The notes under the pieces were generated by a model, which was not told the DNA's origin, ran no database searches, and saw nothing but the letters and a program-made list of their open reading frames with translations. From contig CAWEDP010000003.1 in NCBI GenBank assembly GCA_963807925.1, positions 192,049 to 256,048 of the forward strand: a stretch of DNA of 64,000 nt. Reading direction: 5' to 3'. This stretch comes from an uncultured Acidobacteriota bacterium (GTDB taxonomy: Bacteria > Acidobacteriota > Vicinamibacteria > Vicinamibacterales > CAVVIG01). Positions within the stretch are counted from its first letter, which is position 1, and every line of letters begins with the position of its first letter. Both the position numbers and the translations under genes were made by a program. Of the stretch, positions 10,688 to 23,131 are shown one piece after another.

Positions 10688-13369
10688 ATGGCACTGCTCG
10701 ACCGCTTCCGATCGCAACCTGCGCTCAAGCACCCCGACCCTGAGGTCCGTCTCGCGTTTGTCGAGGGTCTCTCGATCGACGAGAAGGATCTGCTGCTGGC
10801 CGCGGCGCGCGAGGACGCCAGTCCACGGGTGCGCCGCGCGGCGGTCGGCAAGTTGATCGACCCGGCAGCGCTCGCGCTGGTCGCCCACGACGATTCCGAC
10901 GCCGCCGTGCGGACGCATGCGGCGGCGATGCTGCGCGACATCGCGGTGGGCGCGTTCGAGGAGACGAGCGAGTCGGACAGCCTGGCGGCCGTGGACGCGC
11001 TGTCCGACGGCCGGATGCTCGCGCACGTGGCGAAGACGGCGGCCAGCGAGCCGGTGGCCGAGCGGGCGCTCGCCCGGATCGCCGAGCCGCGCGCCTGGGG
11101 ATCGGTCGCGCGCCATGCGGTAGTGGAATCGGTCCGGCGCGCCGCGCTGCAGTCGCTGAGCGAGCGCGAGGATCTCGTGGCGGTGGCGATGAACAGCACC
11201 TTCAAGGATACGGCGGTGGGCGCCGTCGAGCGCTTGTCGGAGCGGGCCGATCTCGAGCAGATCGCCGAACGGTCTGCCAACCGGAATGCCGTCAAGCGGG
11301 CGCGGCAGGCGCTGCGCGAGATGGACGATCGCGCGGCCGCCGACGCCGGCGCGGATCGGTCGCCGGCCCCGGACGCCTCGTCGCCGGACGGCGGCGTCGA
11401 ATCGGCGCCGGTCGATCCGGGCGACGACCCAGCCGATCCCGGCGACGACGCAGCCGAGCGGGCGCTCGCGCGCCGGCAGGAGGCTGCCGTCGAGGAAGGC
11501 CGAGAGGTCGGCGCGCGCACGCGCGCCGAGGCGGACGCGGCTCGCGACCGCGAGGAACATCTCGCGGCCGAGCGCGTCGCAGCGGCCGCGGTCCAGGCGG
11601 AGGAGACCGAGCGCAAGCGCGAACGCATGGCAACGCTCGTGGCGGCGCTCGAGGCGGCGGCGGTGGACCCCGACCTCAAAGCGGCGCGTCGTGCTCAGGC
11701 GCTCGTGCACCGCGAATGGGGCGACCTGCCGGCGGCTGCCGCCGATGCCGATCTCCTGCGGCGCTACGCCGAGGCCGACAGCCGGCTGGCCGGGCGCGAT
11801 CAGGCCGCCAGGGAGACCGACCGTCGCGCGCGGCAGGAAGCGCTCGCCCAGCTTCACGAGCGGCTGCGCCGCGCCGAAGCCCTGGCCGCGCGGAGCGACG
11901 CGACGGCGAAAGCGATCGACCGCACGCTCCGCGACGTCCGCGGCGTGCTCGGCGCGATGCCGGCGCTTCCGTCCAAGCAGGATTACGACGAGGTGATGGC
12001 CCGGCTGAAGGGCGTGCACGCGGCGCTGGCGCCGAAGCTCCAGGAACTGCGCGAGATGGAGGAGTGGCAGCGCTGGGCGAACGTCGGCATCCAGGAACAG
12101 CTCTGCGAGAAGATGGAGGCGCTCAAGTTCGAACAGAATCCCGAGGAGGTCGTGCATCGTGTGCGCGATCTCCAGCAGCAGTGGCGGCTCGCGGCCGACG
12201 TGCCGCGCGCCCGCGTCGACGCGCTGTGGCAGCGCTTCAAGACCGCGCACGACCAGGTGTGGGCCCTGTGCGAGGCCCACTTCGCTGCCGACGCGGAGCG
12301 CCGCGCGGACAACCTGCGCCGGAAGATCGCGCTGTGCGAGCGGGCGGAAGCGCTCAGCGACTCCACGCGGTGGGTGCAGACCGCCGAGGAGCTCAAGGCG
12401 CTGCAGGCCGAATGGAAGACGATCGGCCCGGTCTCCCGCGGCCAGGAAAAGACCATCTGGGATCGCTTCCGCACGGCATGCGATCGATTCTTCACCAGAC
12501 GCCACGAGGATCTCAGCGAGCGCAAGGCGGCGTGGGCCGAGAACCTCGCGAAGAAGGACGCGCTCTCGGCACAGGCGGAGGCGCTCGCGCAGTCGACCGA
12601 CTGGGACGTCGCGGCGGCCGAGATCAAACGCCTGCAGGCGGAGTGGAAGACCATCGGTCCGGTGAAGAAGAGCCGGTCCGAGGCGGTATGGCAGCGGTTC
12701 AGGACCGCCTGCGACGCGTTCTTCGCGCGCTACGCGCAGCGCCACGACATCGCGCGCGGCGAGCGCGTCGCCGCGCGCGAGGCGATCTGCGCCGAGCTCG
12801 AGTCGCTCCCGGCGCCGGGCCCCGACGAGGGCGGCGCGCCGGCCGCGGCGCCACCGGACCTGCTCGCGAGGGTCCGCGAGCTCCAGAGCCGCTGGCAGGA
12901 GGAGCTCGGGCGGCGCGGCGTCGAGCCGGCGCGCGCGGCCGCGCTCGACCAGCGCTTTGCGGCGGCGTTCGAAGGCGTCCTCACCAGGTGGCCCGACGCG
13001 TTCGCGAACACCGATCTCGATCGCGACGCCAACCGCCGCAAGATGGAGGCGCTCGTCGCGCGCGTCGAGGAGGTGGCCAGCTCGCTGCGCGGACAGACCG
13101 GCGGCGACGCGCTGTCGCCGACCGTGCGGCTGGCCGCGATGCTCAAGGAGGCGCTGGCCGCCAACACCATCGGCGGAAAGGTCGACCCCCACAGCCGGCT
13201 CCGCGCAGCCCAGGACGACCTGCGGCGGGCGCAGGCGAGCTGGTCGCGCATCGGCCCGGTGCCGGAGCCGACGCGCCGTGCGCTCGCAGACCGTTTCACA
13301 CGCGCCGCCCGCGCGATCACGGAGGCGGGACGGACGGGAGAGACCGCCCAGAGCGCGAAGCGGCCGTAG
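10688..13369 (+). CDS. DUF349 repeat protein with N-terminal HEAT-like repeats
   Basis: Repeated units such as ..LKALQAEWKTIGPVSRGQEKTIWDRFRTACDRFF.. and ..IKRLQAEWKTIGPVKKSRSEAVWQRFRTACDAFF.. (DUF349 signature W..IG......LW.RF). The N-terminus has PDPEVRLAFVEGL / ASPRVRRAAVGKL / DAAVRTHAAAML HEAT-like repeats. The start is set at ATG 10688; TTG 10664 is also possible. Confidence 0.8.
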   Translation: MALLDRFRSQPALKHPDPEVRLAFVEGLSIDEKDLLLAAAREDASPRVRRAAVGKLIDPAALALVAHDDSDAAVRTHAAAMLRDIAVGAFEETSESDSLAAVDALSDGRMLAHVAKTAASEPVAERALARIAEPRAWGSVARHAVVESVRRAALQSLSEREDLVAVAMNSTFKDTAVGAVERLSERADLEQIAERSANRNAVKRARQALREMDDRAAADAGADRSPAPDASSPDGGVESAPVDPGDDPADPGDDAAERALARRQEAAVEEGREVGARTRAEADAARDREEHLAAERVAAAAVQAEETERKRERMATLVAALEAAAVDPDLKAARRAQALVHREWGDLPAAAADADLLRRYAEADSRLAGRDQAARETDRRARQEALAQLHERLRRAEALAARSDATAKAIDRTLRDVRGVLGAMPALPSKQDYDEVMARLKGVHAALAPKLQELREMEEWQRWANVGIQEQLCEKMEALKFEQNPEEVVHRVRDLQQQWRLAADVPRARVDALWQRFKTAHDQVWALCEAHFAADAERRADNLRRKIALCERAEALSDSTRWVQTAEELKALQAEWKTIGPVSRGQEKTIWDRFRTACDRFFTRRHEDLSERKAAWAENLAKKDALSAQAEALAQSTDWDVAAAEIKRLQAEWKTIGPVKKSRSEAVWQRFRTACDAFFARYAQRHDIARGERVAAREAICAELESLPAPGPDEGGAPAAAPPDLLARVRELQSRWQEELGRRGVEPARAAALDQRFAAAFEGVLTRWPDAFANTDLDRDANRRKMEALVARVEEVASSLRGQTGGDALSPTVRLAAMLKEALAANTIGGKVDPHSRLRAAQDDLRRAQASWSRIGPVPEPTRRALADRFTRAARAITEAGRTGETAQSAKRP

Positions 13370-13433
13370 GGCAGGATCGGCGCGCCTTCGCACGCAGCGG
13401 TGGTCGGCGCCCGCACGCGCGGCGGCTGCTCTC

Positions 13434-14246
13434 TCAGTTGATCTTGATGAGCTCCACGTCGAAGACGAGCATGCCGTACGGCGGGCTCTGGCCTTTGTAG
13501 GCGAGCTGCTGGGGGATCCAGAACCGCGCCTTCTCGCCTTCGACCATCAGCTGCAGACCCTCGGTCCATCCGGGGATCACCTGGTCGAGCGGAAACGACG
13601 CTGGCGCGCACCGCACCACGGAGCTGTCGAACATCTTGCCGTCGGTCGTCCAGCCGGAGTAGTCCACGGTCACCTGGTCGGAGGCTCGCGGACGCCGCGC
13701 GCCGACGCCGTCCTTGAGCACCTTGTAGGCGAGTCCGCTCGGCGTCTTCTTGGCGTCCGCCGGCGCGGTCTTGACGTCCGGCGGTGCGACCGGCACGCCG
13801 GTGAAGGACAGCAGCTTGACGTCGAACACGAGCATGCCTTTCGGATCGCGCTTGCCCTGGTAGGCGAGCGCCTCGGGAATCCAGAACCGGCGCGTCTCGC
13901 CCGTGGTCATCAACTGCACGCCTTCGGTCCAGCCAGCAATGACGCGGTCGAGCGGAAAGCACGCGGCCTTGCCGCGCGACACCGAGCTGTCGAACATCTT
14001 CCCGTCCGTCGTCCAGCCGGTGTAGTCGACCGTGACCAGATCGGCGCGCGCCGGATGCGCCGCGCCCGTTCCAGGCGTGACCACCTTGGATGCCAGCCCC
14101 GAGGCCGTCTTCGACGCATTGGCGGGCGGCGCCGCCACGTCCTCGGGCGGCGGAATCACTTTCAACGTCGTCCGCTGCGCCGCGGCGGCGGCGGCCAGAC
14201 CGACCGACAGGAACACGGCCAGCGCGAGAGCCTTGAGCATGATCAT
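13434..14246 (-). CDS. Secreted FKBP-type peptidyl-prolyl cis-trans isomerase with two tandem FKBP domains
   Basis: Signal peptide MIMLKALALAVFLSVGLAAAAAAQ. There are two copies of ..VTVDY(T/S)GWTTDGKMFDSSV..FPLD(R/Q)VI(A/P)GWTEG(V/L)QLM..G(E/)..RFWIP..LAY(Q/K)G....GMLVFDV(K/E)L.. Confidence 0.9.
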   Translation of the reverse strand: MIMLKALALAVFLSVGLAAAAAAQRTTLKVIPPPEDVAAPPANASKTASGLASKVVTPGTGAAHPARADLVTVDYTGWTTDGKMFDSSVSRGKAACFPLDRVIAGWTEGVQLMTTGETRRFWIPEALAYQGKRDPKGMLVFDVKLLSFTGVPVAPPDVKTAPADAKKTPSGLAYKVLKDGVGARRPRASDQVTVDYSGWTTDGKMFDSSVVRCAPASFPLDQVIPGWTEGLQLMVEGEKARFWIPQQLAYKGQSPPYGMLVFDVELIKIN

Positions 14247-14286
14247 CCTTCCAGTCGACGATTCCGTCTGCCGGGTTCGCGTCTCC

Positions 14287-17121
14287 TCAGCGTCCGCGGC
14301 CCTGCGATTGACGCAGTCGATCCAGCTTGTTCTTCAGGTCTTCGAGCTTCCGGCCGGCGTCGCCGAGCCGGCCTTCGGCGGTCAGGCGCTGGTAGTCGGC
14401 CAGATCCTGCCCGGCGGCGGCCGCAGTGGCGGCGATGCCGGGCGCCTCTTCCGCGGCGCCGGGTGGCTGCGACCGCTCGGGCGACACGGCGGTCGTAATC
14501 GGTGATGCGCTCGCGGCCGCCGTGCCGCCGAACAGGCCCGCGAGCGCCGCGTCGAGCGTCGGCGCGTACGCGAGACGATCCTGCAGCGCGAGCACGACGA
14601 GGCGCAGTTCGGGCATCGGGCTTCGCTCGGCCTGCAGGTAGATGGCTTCGGCATACAGCAGGGCGCGGCCGATCGGCATGACGATCAGCGTCCCGCGCCG
14701 CACGTGCGAGCCCTGCTGGTTCCAGAGCGACAACTGCGCCGAAAGCTGCGGGTTCTGATCGATCCGCGCCTCAATCTGCAGCGGGCCGTCCACGAGCTTC
14801 GTCTTCGGGAAGTCGTACACGATGGCCGTCCCGTAGTGCTCGCCATCGCTCCGACCGGCAATCCAGCCGATCAGGTTGTTCTTGTTGGCCGGCGTGAACG
14901 GCAGGATCTCGATGAACTCGGCCTCGCGCGAGCCTGGCAGCTTCATCAGCACGAAGTTCGGCTCCATCACCTGCTGCGTCTGTTCCCGGGCCGTACTCAG
15001 GCCGACCTCCGACGCCACGGACCACAGGTCCTCGCGGTTGTAGAACACGGCCGGATCGGTCATGTGATAGAGCCCGTAGACCGCCGCCTGGAGCTTCAGC
15101 AGCAGCTCCGGGTAGCGCACGTGCTTGCGCAGGTCGGCCGGCATCGCCGACACGTCGCGGAAGAGCGTCGGAAACAGGCCGCGATACGCCGCGACGATCG
15201 GGTCCTGCGGGTCGAACACGTAAAAGGTGGCCGAGCCGTTGTACGCGTCGATGACCACCTTGACGCTGTTGCGGACGTAGTTGACCGACTCGCGGTCGAG
15301 CCGATAGTGCCGCGCGTAGGGATAGGCGTCCGATGTCGTATAGGCGTCGACGATCCAGAAGAGGCGCCCCTCGCCCGACACGACGACGTAGGGATCGGCG
15401 TCGTAGGTGAGGAACGGCGCCAGGGTCTCGAGCCGCTCGCGCACGTTGCGCCGCATCAGCAGGCGGCTGTCGGCCGAGATGTCGTCGCTGAACGGCAGCT
15501 TCGCGAGGTCGCCGCGATCGAGGGCGATCAGCATCCGCCGCAGGAATCCGCCGAGCCGGATGCCGCCGTCGCCTGCGTACGAATTGAGATTGTTGGTCTC
15601 GCCCTGCGGAAAGTTGAACTCCTTCTGGCGCGTCTTGACGTAGACGTCGGTGTCGGTCAGCTGGCCGAAGTAGATCTCGGGCCGCGTCACCGCAAGGCCC
15701 GCGACGGTGCTCTGAATCGGCATGTTGCTCAGCACCAGGTCGGGCAGCCCTTCCGGCGTGAACCCGTTCACCGAATTCATGGTGACGCCGTAGCCGTGGG
15801 TGTAGATCAGCTTCTCGTTGATCCAGTTGCGGCTGCTCTCGGGCAGCTTCTCGACGCTCAGCTCCCGCGCCGCCACCATCATCTGACGCATCGATCCGCC
15901 GACCTCGTAGCGATCGATGTCGATGTCGGGGAAGTCGTAGTAGGTCCGGATCTCCTGGATCTGGCGCAGCGTGTCCTGCAGCGCGCGCCAGTCCCACAGC
16001 CGGATGTTCTCGAGCGTGTCGCGGTTGCCGGCGACGTCGATCGCGTCGGGTGCCGTGTCGGCCGGGAACGGCTGCTGGGCGAGGCGGTTCAAGGCGAACG
16101 CCTGCTGCGTCATCTGAATGTTGTGCGCGATGTACGGCTGCTCGCGGACCAGCTCGTTCGGCTTCACGATGAAGTTGCCGACGTACCACGCGAAGACGCC
16201 GACGACCAAGTAGCAGACGATGGCCGGAGCGACGGCGACCACCAGCCAGCGTGCCCGCGGCGCGACCGCGTTGGCCAGGGCCACCGCGGCGCCGACGACG
16301 AGCGCGATCGCCACCACCAGCGCCCCGGCGAGCGCGATGTGGGCGTCCACGTAGGTGACGCCCGAGAAGATCGTGTGATCCTCGACCAGCCGGTCGAACC
16401 GTCCGAGGTACACGCGGGCGGCGAGCGTCAACAGCAGGGCGGCGAAGCCAATTGACAGTCCTCGCCACGGCGGGGTCGGACCGGCGCCCGCGCGCGGCCG
16501 CGTGACCAGCCGCGTTCCGCCGGTGACCACCACGAAGAAGGCCGCGACCGCGCACGCGATGACGGCGAGCGTCAGCAGCCATCCGGTGACGAGCTGCCAC
16601 ACCGGCAGCGTGAAGAGATAGAAGGTGACCGGCCGGCCGAAAATCGGATCGACGACGGCGGTCGCCGGCGCGTGCCAGTACAGCGCGAACGTCGTCCAGT
16701 CCGCCATCATGCCGGCGCCGGTCACGGCGGCGATGAGGAGGGCCAGGCCGAGCGCAATCAGCTTCAGCACCGGATCGACCGGCAGCGTCAGCGGCTGGCC
16801 GTTGATGACGATGCGGCTGATTTCGCCGAGCCGCGCCGGCTTGAGCGCGAGGAACGTTCCGTACACCACCGCGAAGGTGGCGATCGCAAAGGCGCCGAAG
16901 ACCAGCGCCTGTGTGTCGAGCGTCGTCCAGAACACCGCGGAATAGCCGAGGGAATCGAACCAGAGGGCGTCGACGTAGTAGGAAAGCGCCGTGCCGCCGC
17001 CGAACAGGATTGCGGCGAGCAGGACGATCAGGACGAGGCGGCCGCGCCGCCGGCGGGGCGGCCGCCTCGGCGGCGGCCAGTCGACGATTACTTCGGGCCG
17101 TGAATCCTGATGGCCGTTCAT
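14287..17121 (-). CDS. UPF0182 family large integral membrane protein
   Basis: 944 aa. The N-terminal ~330 aa carry multiple TM helices, followed by a large soluble region with ..NIRLWDWRALQDTLRQIQEIRTYYDFPDIDIDRYEVGG.. and ..LIYTHGYGVTMNSVN.., which I recognise as UPF0182 signatures. Confidence 0.8.
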   Translation of the reverse strand: MNGHQDSRPEVIVDWPPPRRPPRRRRGRLVLIVLLAAILFGGGTALSYYVDALWFDSLGYSAVFWTTLDTQALVFGAFAIATFAVVYGTFLALKPARLGEISRIVINGQPLTLPVDPVLKLIALGLALLIAAVTGAGMMADWTTFALYWHAPATAVVDPIFGRPVTFYLFTLPVWQLVTGWLLTLAVIACAVAAFFVVVTGGTRLVTRPRAGAGPTPPWRGLSIGFAALLLTLAARVYLGRFDRLVEDHTIFSGVTYVDAHIALAGALVVAIALVVGAAVALANAVAPRARWLVVAVAPAIVCYLVVGVFAWYVGNFIVKPNELVREQPYIAHNIQMTQQAFALNRLAQQPFPADTAPDAIDVAGNRDTLENIRLWDWRALQDTLRQIQEIRTYYDFPDIDIDRYEVGGSMRQMMVAARELSVEKLPESSRNWINEKLIYTHGYGVTMNSVNGFTPEGLPDLVLSNMPIQSTVAGLAVTRPEIYFGQLTDTDVYVKTRQKEFNFPQGETNNLNSYAGDGGIRLGGFLRRMLIALDRGDLAKLPFSDDISADSRLLMRRNVRERLETLAPFLTYDADPYVVVSGEGRLFWIVDAYTTSDAYPYARHYRLDRESVNYVRNSVKVVIDAYNGSATFYVFDPQDPIVAAYRGLFPTLFRDVSAMPADLRKHVRYPELLLKLQAAVYGLYHMTDPAVFYNREDLWSVASEVGLSTAREQTQQVMEPNFVLMKLPGSREAEFIEILPFTPANKNNLIGWIAGRSDGEHYGTAIVYDFPKTKLVDGPLQIEARIDQNPQLSAQLSLWNQQGSHVRRGTLIVMPIGRALLYAEAIYLQAERSPMPELRLVVLALQDRLAYAPTLDAALAGLFGGTAAASASPITTAVSPERSQPPGAAEEAPGIAATAAAAGQDLADYQRLTAEGRLGDAGRKLEDLKNKLDRLRQSQGRGR

Positions 17122-17208
17122 CGAGCCCGATTATACGTCCCCGAAGATGCCCGTGCGGGGACGCCGTCGCATTGATAAGATCGTCGCGACCCCGGTTGCC
17201 GCCCCAGA

Positions 17209-18435
<1,227 letters not shown>

Positions 18436-20271
18436 TCGCGGGTTGAGGGACGTGCTCCACCGCGTGTGGGGCTTTTCGGATTTCCGGCCGCTGCAGCGTG
18501 AGGCGATGATCGGCATTCTCGCCGCGCGCGACAGCGTGGTCGTCCTGCCGACCGGCGGCGGCAAGTCGGTCTGCTTCCAGGCGCCGGCGCTCGTGGACCG
18601 GCCGGTGTCGGCCACCGACGCGACGCCCCGGCCGCGGCACGGCCTGGCGGTCGTCATTTCACCGCTCATTTCGCTGATGAAGGATCAGGTCGACGGCCTG
18701 CGCGTCGACGGCGTCGCGGCCGCGTATCTCAACAGCACGCTGCCGCCGGCCGAGCGCGACGCGGTCACGGCGTCCATCCGCGACGATCGCTGCAGACTGC
18801 TGTACGTCTCGCCCGAGCGGATCCTGGCCGACGGCGGCCTGCGCCGGATGCTCCAGCAGGCGCGCGTCCGCTTTCTCGCGATCGACGAAGCCCACTGCAT
18901 CAGCCAGTGGGGCCACGATTTCCGGCCCGAGTACCGCCAGCTCGGTGCGCTCCGCGACGAGTTCCCGGACGTGTCGGTTCACGCGTTCACGGCGACCGCC
19001 ACCGGGCGCGTGCGGCAGGACATCATCGCCGAGCTGCGGCTGCGGCAGCCCGAGGTCCTGGTCGGGTCGTTCGATCGCCCGAACCTGACCTATCGCGTGC
19101 TGCGGCGCGCGACGCTGCAGCGTCAGCTCCTCCAGATCCTGACGCGCCACGCGGGCGAAGCGGGCATCGTCTACTGCGGCTCGCGGCGGGAGGTGGAGTC
19201 GCTCGCCGCCTGGCTGACCGCGCAGGGGCACCAGGCGCTGCCGTATCACGCGGGGCTGGCCGACGACGTCCGAAGCCGGCACCAGGAGGCGTTCCTCGAC
19301 GAGAGCGTCGATATCGTCGTGGCGACCGTGGCGTTCGGGATGGGCATCGACCGGTCGAACGTGCGCTACGTCGTGCACGCGAGCGCCCCGCGCTCGCTGG
19401 AGCACTACCAGCAGGAATCGGGCCGCGCCGGCCGCGACGGCCTGCCGGCGGAGTGCGTGCTGATCTATTCGGGGGCCGACTTTCTGCGGTGGCGCCGGCT
19501 CCTCGATTCGAACGGCGAATTGACGGCGAGCGCCCAGGCGCTCGTGCGCGGGATGGAGCGGTACGCCTCGGGAACCGGGTGCCGGCACAAGGCGCTCCTC
19601 GAGTACTTCGGCGAGCCGTACGACCGCGGACCGTGCGGCGCCTGCGACTGGTGCCTCAAAGAGCTCGATCCGGTGGCCGACGCCGCGATCCTCGCGCAGA
19701 AGATCCTGTCGTGCGTCGCGCGGGTGAAGCAGGCCTGGGGCATCGCGCACGTCACCGACATCCTCGCCGGGCGCGCCACCGACAAGGTCGTCGAAGCCGG
19801 CCACGCAGCGCTCTCCACCTTTGCGCTGCTTCGCGACGAGCCGCCCTCGGCGATTCGCGGGTACATCGAGCAGCTCGTCGAGGGAGGATTCCTGATCCGC
19901 GAGGGCGATCGGTACCCGGTGCTCCGGATCGCCGCGACCGGCGCGGCGCTCATGCGGGGCCAGGCCACCTGCGCGCTGTACCGCCAGATCCAGCCGGCGC
20001 GGACGCACGGCCGCCGGAAAGGTCGCGAGGAGAGCGTTCGGGGCGACGGCGATCTCTTCGAGGTCCTGCGCGAGGTGCGCCGGCAGCTGGCGCGCGACCG
20101 CGGCGTGCCGCCCTACGTCATCTTCCACGACACCACGCTTCGCGACCTGGTCGAGCGGCGGCCGGCCACGCTCGCGGAGCTGTACGAGGTCTACGGCGTC
20201 GGCGCGAAGAAGGCGGCCGACTTCGGGCAGGCGTTCATCGATGCGATTGGCGCCTTCCTCCGGCGCAGCGC

Positions 20272-20694
20272 TCAGTGAACGGTGTAGCGGGCCTTGAGCG
20301 CGAACGGCGCGATTTCGACGTCGAAATGCGAGCCGCTCTCGCTGACCATCTGATAGGTGCCGCGCATGACACCGCTCGACGTCTTCAGCGGACACCACGA
20401 CGAGTATTCGAACGACTCGCCGGGCGTCAGGATCGGCTGGGCGCCGACGACGCCGCGCCCCTTCACCTCGTCCGTGTGGTTCGACGCATCGGTGATGATC
20501 CAGTGGCGGCTGAGGAGCTGGACCGTCTCGTCGCCTTCGTTGGTGATGCGAATCGTGTACTGAAACACCCAGCGGTCCTCGAACGGCTGCGACTGGTCGG
20601 GCCGATACTGCGATCCGACCTCGACGCGGACGTTGTTGGTGATGGCCTCCGAGGTCGGTTCCGGGAGCACCGGCTCGAATTTCCACTCGCTCAT
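20272..20694 (-). CDS. apaG: ApaG (DUF525) protein
   Basis: ..VRVEVGSQYRPDQSQPFEDRWVFQYTIRITNEGDETVQLLSRHWIITDASNHTDEVKGRGVVGAQPILTPGESFEYSS.. is the canonical ApaG beta-sandwich pattern. Confidence 0.9.
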   Translation of the reverse strand: MSEWKFEPVLPEPTSEAITNNVRVEVGSQYRPDQSQPFEDRWVFQYTIRITNEGDETVQLLSRHWIITDASNHTDEVKGRGVVGAQPILTPGESFEYSSWCPLKTSSGVMRGTYQMVSESGSHFDVEIAPFALKARYTVH

Positions 20695-20793
20695 GGGGTT
20701 GCACCCATGATAGCAGCGTTTTCGGGCGCAGGTTCGGGGGCCGGTCGCGTCCGGCTGCAGGGCGGACCCGCGATCGCGGCGTTAGTATGAGGC

Positions 20794-22746
20794 ATGGCGT
20801 CGATCATCCGCGGACGCGCGCTGATCTTCTGGGACCTGAAGGTGCCGGGCAAGCGCAAGAAGCTGGACGCGATCGATACCGATCAGATTACGCCGGCCGC
20901 CGACTGCGTCTCGGAGAGCCTCGAGACGCTCGACGAACGCTGGAAAGCCGGTGCGTTCCGCTATCTGATGCCCGACTTCCGCGAGCGCGTCCACAGGGGC
21001 GAGACCTTCCTCATCGCCGGTGACCGGTTTGCCATCGGGTCGTCGCGCGAGATGAGCCCAGCCGGATTGAAGGGCGTGGCCGAGGAGGCCGGTCTGCGGA
21101 TGGTGATCGTCTGCGGGGCCAACATGGGCGACATCTTCCGCCGCAACGCTTTCAATCTCGGGCTCGAGGTGGTCCAGAGCCCGGACGCGGTGCACGACGC
21201 GCGCGACGGCGACCGCTTCAGCTTCGATCCCGACACGCGCCGCCTCGCCAACGAGACGCAGGGCCGGACCTATTCGCCGGCGCCGCTGACGAAGAAAGAG
21301 GACGAGATCCGGCGCAGCGGCGGCATCTTCGCCATCGGGCGCCGCGAATTTCCCGAGGCGCGGCGCCGGCAGGCGCGCGTGGAGTGGCCGGATCCCGAAC
21401 GCGCCCGGCGCATGACGTCCACCGAGCAGATCGTCTGGGCCCATCGCGTCGACAAGGACGCCGAGCTGACGCCCGGCGCGACGCTGCGGGTGTACGCGGA
21501 TCTGCTGCCGGCCTCGGACGGCACGGCGCCGTTCGCCATCCACACGTTCGAGCAGATCACCGGCGGCGGTGACGACGTCGCCCCGCGCCACGCCGCCATC
21601 GCCAACGATCACTTCGTGTTCACCGGCCGTGAAGACGACGAGAAGCAGACCGCGATCGGCCGGGCCTTCGCGCGGCGGCACCTCATCGGGACGCCGTACT
21701 ACGCGACGCCGGGTGACGGCATCTTCCATTTCTACTTCCCCGAGCAGGGCCTGGTCACGCCCGGCGGCTTCATCCCGGGCGCCGATTCGCACAGCCGCGC
21801 GTACGGCGCGTACGGCGCGGTCGGCATCGGCGTCGGATCGACGACCCTCGGCTTCGGCTGGGCGACCGGATACGTGTACTTCACGCTCGCGCCCGCCAGG
21901 CGCGTCGTCTTCGCGGGGGCGCTCCAGCCGTGGGTCAGCGGCAAGGACATCGTCCTCGAGCTGCTTCGCCGCTGGGGCGTGGATCAGGCCGGAGGCATGT
22001 CGGTCGAGCTCGTCGACGCGAACGCGCAGCTGCCGATCACGCATCGCAACACCATCGCCAACATGATGGCCGAGGCCGAGGCGCAGAACGGCATCTTCGC
22101 GCCCGATGCGATCACGATCGGCTGGTACCGCGCGAAAGGCATCGACCCTCTGCCCTATCCGGCCGTCGCCCCGGGCGCCGACGCGGTCTACACGATCGAC
22201 GAGCGGCTCGATCTCACCGGCGTGCGGCCGATGATTGCCAAGCCGTTCAGCCCTGGCAATGCGTTCGGCGCCGAGGAGGTCGCACGCGAGCGCGTCACGT
22301 TCGACAAGGCGATGATCGGATCGTGCACCAACGGCAGCTACGACGATCTGCTGGCGGCGGCGCTCGTGATGCGAGCCGCCAGGGCGCGCGGTGCCACGCG
22401 CGTCGCGAAGCCGTTGGTGATCTTTCCCGGATCGGGGGCTGTGGGCCGACAGATCGAGCATCCGGATCCCAGGCTCGGCGGTGAATCGATCGCCGGCGTG
22501 CTCCGCTCGACAGGCGGCGAGATCCGGCAGTCGTGGTGCGGGCCGTGCTTCGGCCAGGGGCCCGACGCGCTGCAGCCAGGGCAGCGCGCCATCACCTCCT
22601 TCAATCGCAACTGGCAGAACCGCATGGGCGTGGGCGGCGAGGGATATCTGGCCAGTCCTGCCGTCGTCGCGGCCTCGGCGCTGCTTGGCTACATGGGGCC
22701 GCCGAGCGAGCTGGGCCTCGAGTGGAAGGCCGAAGACTTCGGCTGA
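20794..22746 (+). CDS. Aconitase-superfamily Fe-S dehydratase with the LeuD-like swivel domain fused N-terminal to the LeuC-like catalytic domains
   Basis: The N-terminal ~190 aa are LeuD-like (..[54 protein letters not shown]..). The remainder is LeuC/aconitase-like (..[62 protein letters not shown]..), and all three cluster Cys are present. Confidence 0.8.
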   Translation: MASIIRGRALIFWDLKVPGKRKKLDAIDTDQITPAADCVSESLETLDERWKAGAFRYLMPDFRERVHRGETFLIAGDRFAIGSSREMSPAGLKGVAEEAGLRMVIVCGANMGDIFRRNAFNLGLEVVQSPDAVHDARDGDRFSFDPDTRRLANETQGRTYSPAPLTKKEDEIRRSGGIFAIGRREFPEARRRQARVEWPDPERARRMTSTEQIVWAHRVDKDAELTPGATLRVYADLLPASDGTAPFAIHTFEQITGGGDDVAPRHAAIANDHFVFTGREDDEKQTAIGRAFARRHLIGTPYYATPGDGIFHFYFPEQGLVTPGGFIPGADSHSRAYGAYGAVGIGVGSTTLGFGWATGYVYFTLAPARRVVFAGALQPWVSGKDIVLELLRRWGVDQAGGMSVELVDANAQLPITHRNTIANMMAEAEAQNGIFAPDAITIGWYRAKGIDPLPYPAVAPGADAVYTIDERLDLTGVRPMIAKPFSPGNAFGAEEVARERVTFDKAMIGSCTNGSYDDLLAAALVMRAARARGATRVAKPLVIFPGSGAVGRQIEHPDPRLGGESIAGVLRSTGGEIRQSWCGPCFGQGPDALQPGQRAITSFNRNWQNRMGVGGEGYLASPAVVAASALLGYMGPPSELGLEWKAEDFG

Positions 22747-22757
22747 GGAGTGAACAG

Positions 22758-23123
22758 ATGTCGCAGTCCCAGCAACAGATCGCCGGGAGCATCGGCGTGC
22801 CGGTCGCGCGGCGCCATATCTTTCTCTGCTGCGATCAGACCACGCCGAAGTGCTGCGAGAGGGACCGGGGGCTGGCGGCCTGGGACTATCTCAAGCGTCG
22901 GCTCAAAGAGCTCGGCCTCTCCGAGCAGGGCGGCATTCTCCGCTCCAAGGCGAATTGCCTGCGGATCTGCGAGGGCGGACCGGTCGCCGTCGTGTATCCA
23001 GAAGGCGCGTGGTACGCGCCGTGCGACCCGCCCGTGCTCGAACGCATCATCCAGGAACACCTGATCCAGGGTCGTGTGGTCGCCGATGTCCTGATCGTCG
23101 GGCATCCGCTGTCGGCGGGATGA
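22758..23123 (+). CDS. Thioredoxin-like [2Fe-2S] ferredoxin-family protein
   Basis: 121 aa from ATG 22758, with GAGGAG upstream. ..[37 protein letters not shown].. shows the Cys pattern and fold signature of thioredoxin-like 2Fe-2S ferredoxins. It starts 12 nt after the dehydratase stop. Confidence 0.65.
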   Translation: MSQSQQQIAGSIGVPVARRHIFLCCDQTTPKCCERDRGLAAWDYLKRRLKELGLSEQGGILRSKANCLRICEGGPVAVVYPEGAWYAPCDPPVLERIIQEHLIQGRVVADVLIVGHPLSAG

Positions 23124-23131
23124 GGCCGCCG

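Noticed and set aside
20272-20278. Convergent genes whose stop codons overlap in a 7-nt TCAGTGA (recQ/apaG), and similarly TCAGTAG at 28051..28057 (Wzy-like/GT2)
   Set aside because: The similarity of the two sites is explained by two stop codons on opposite strands sharing bases (TCA + TGA/TAG). It is genome compaction, not a motif.
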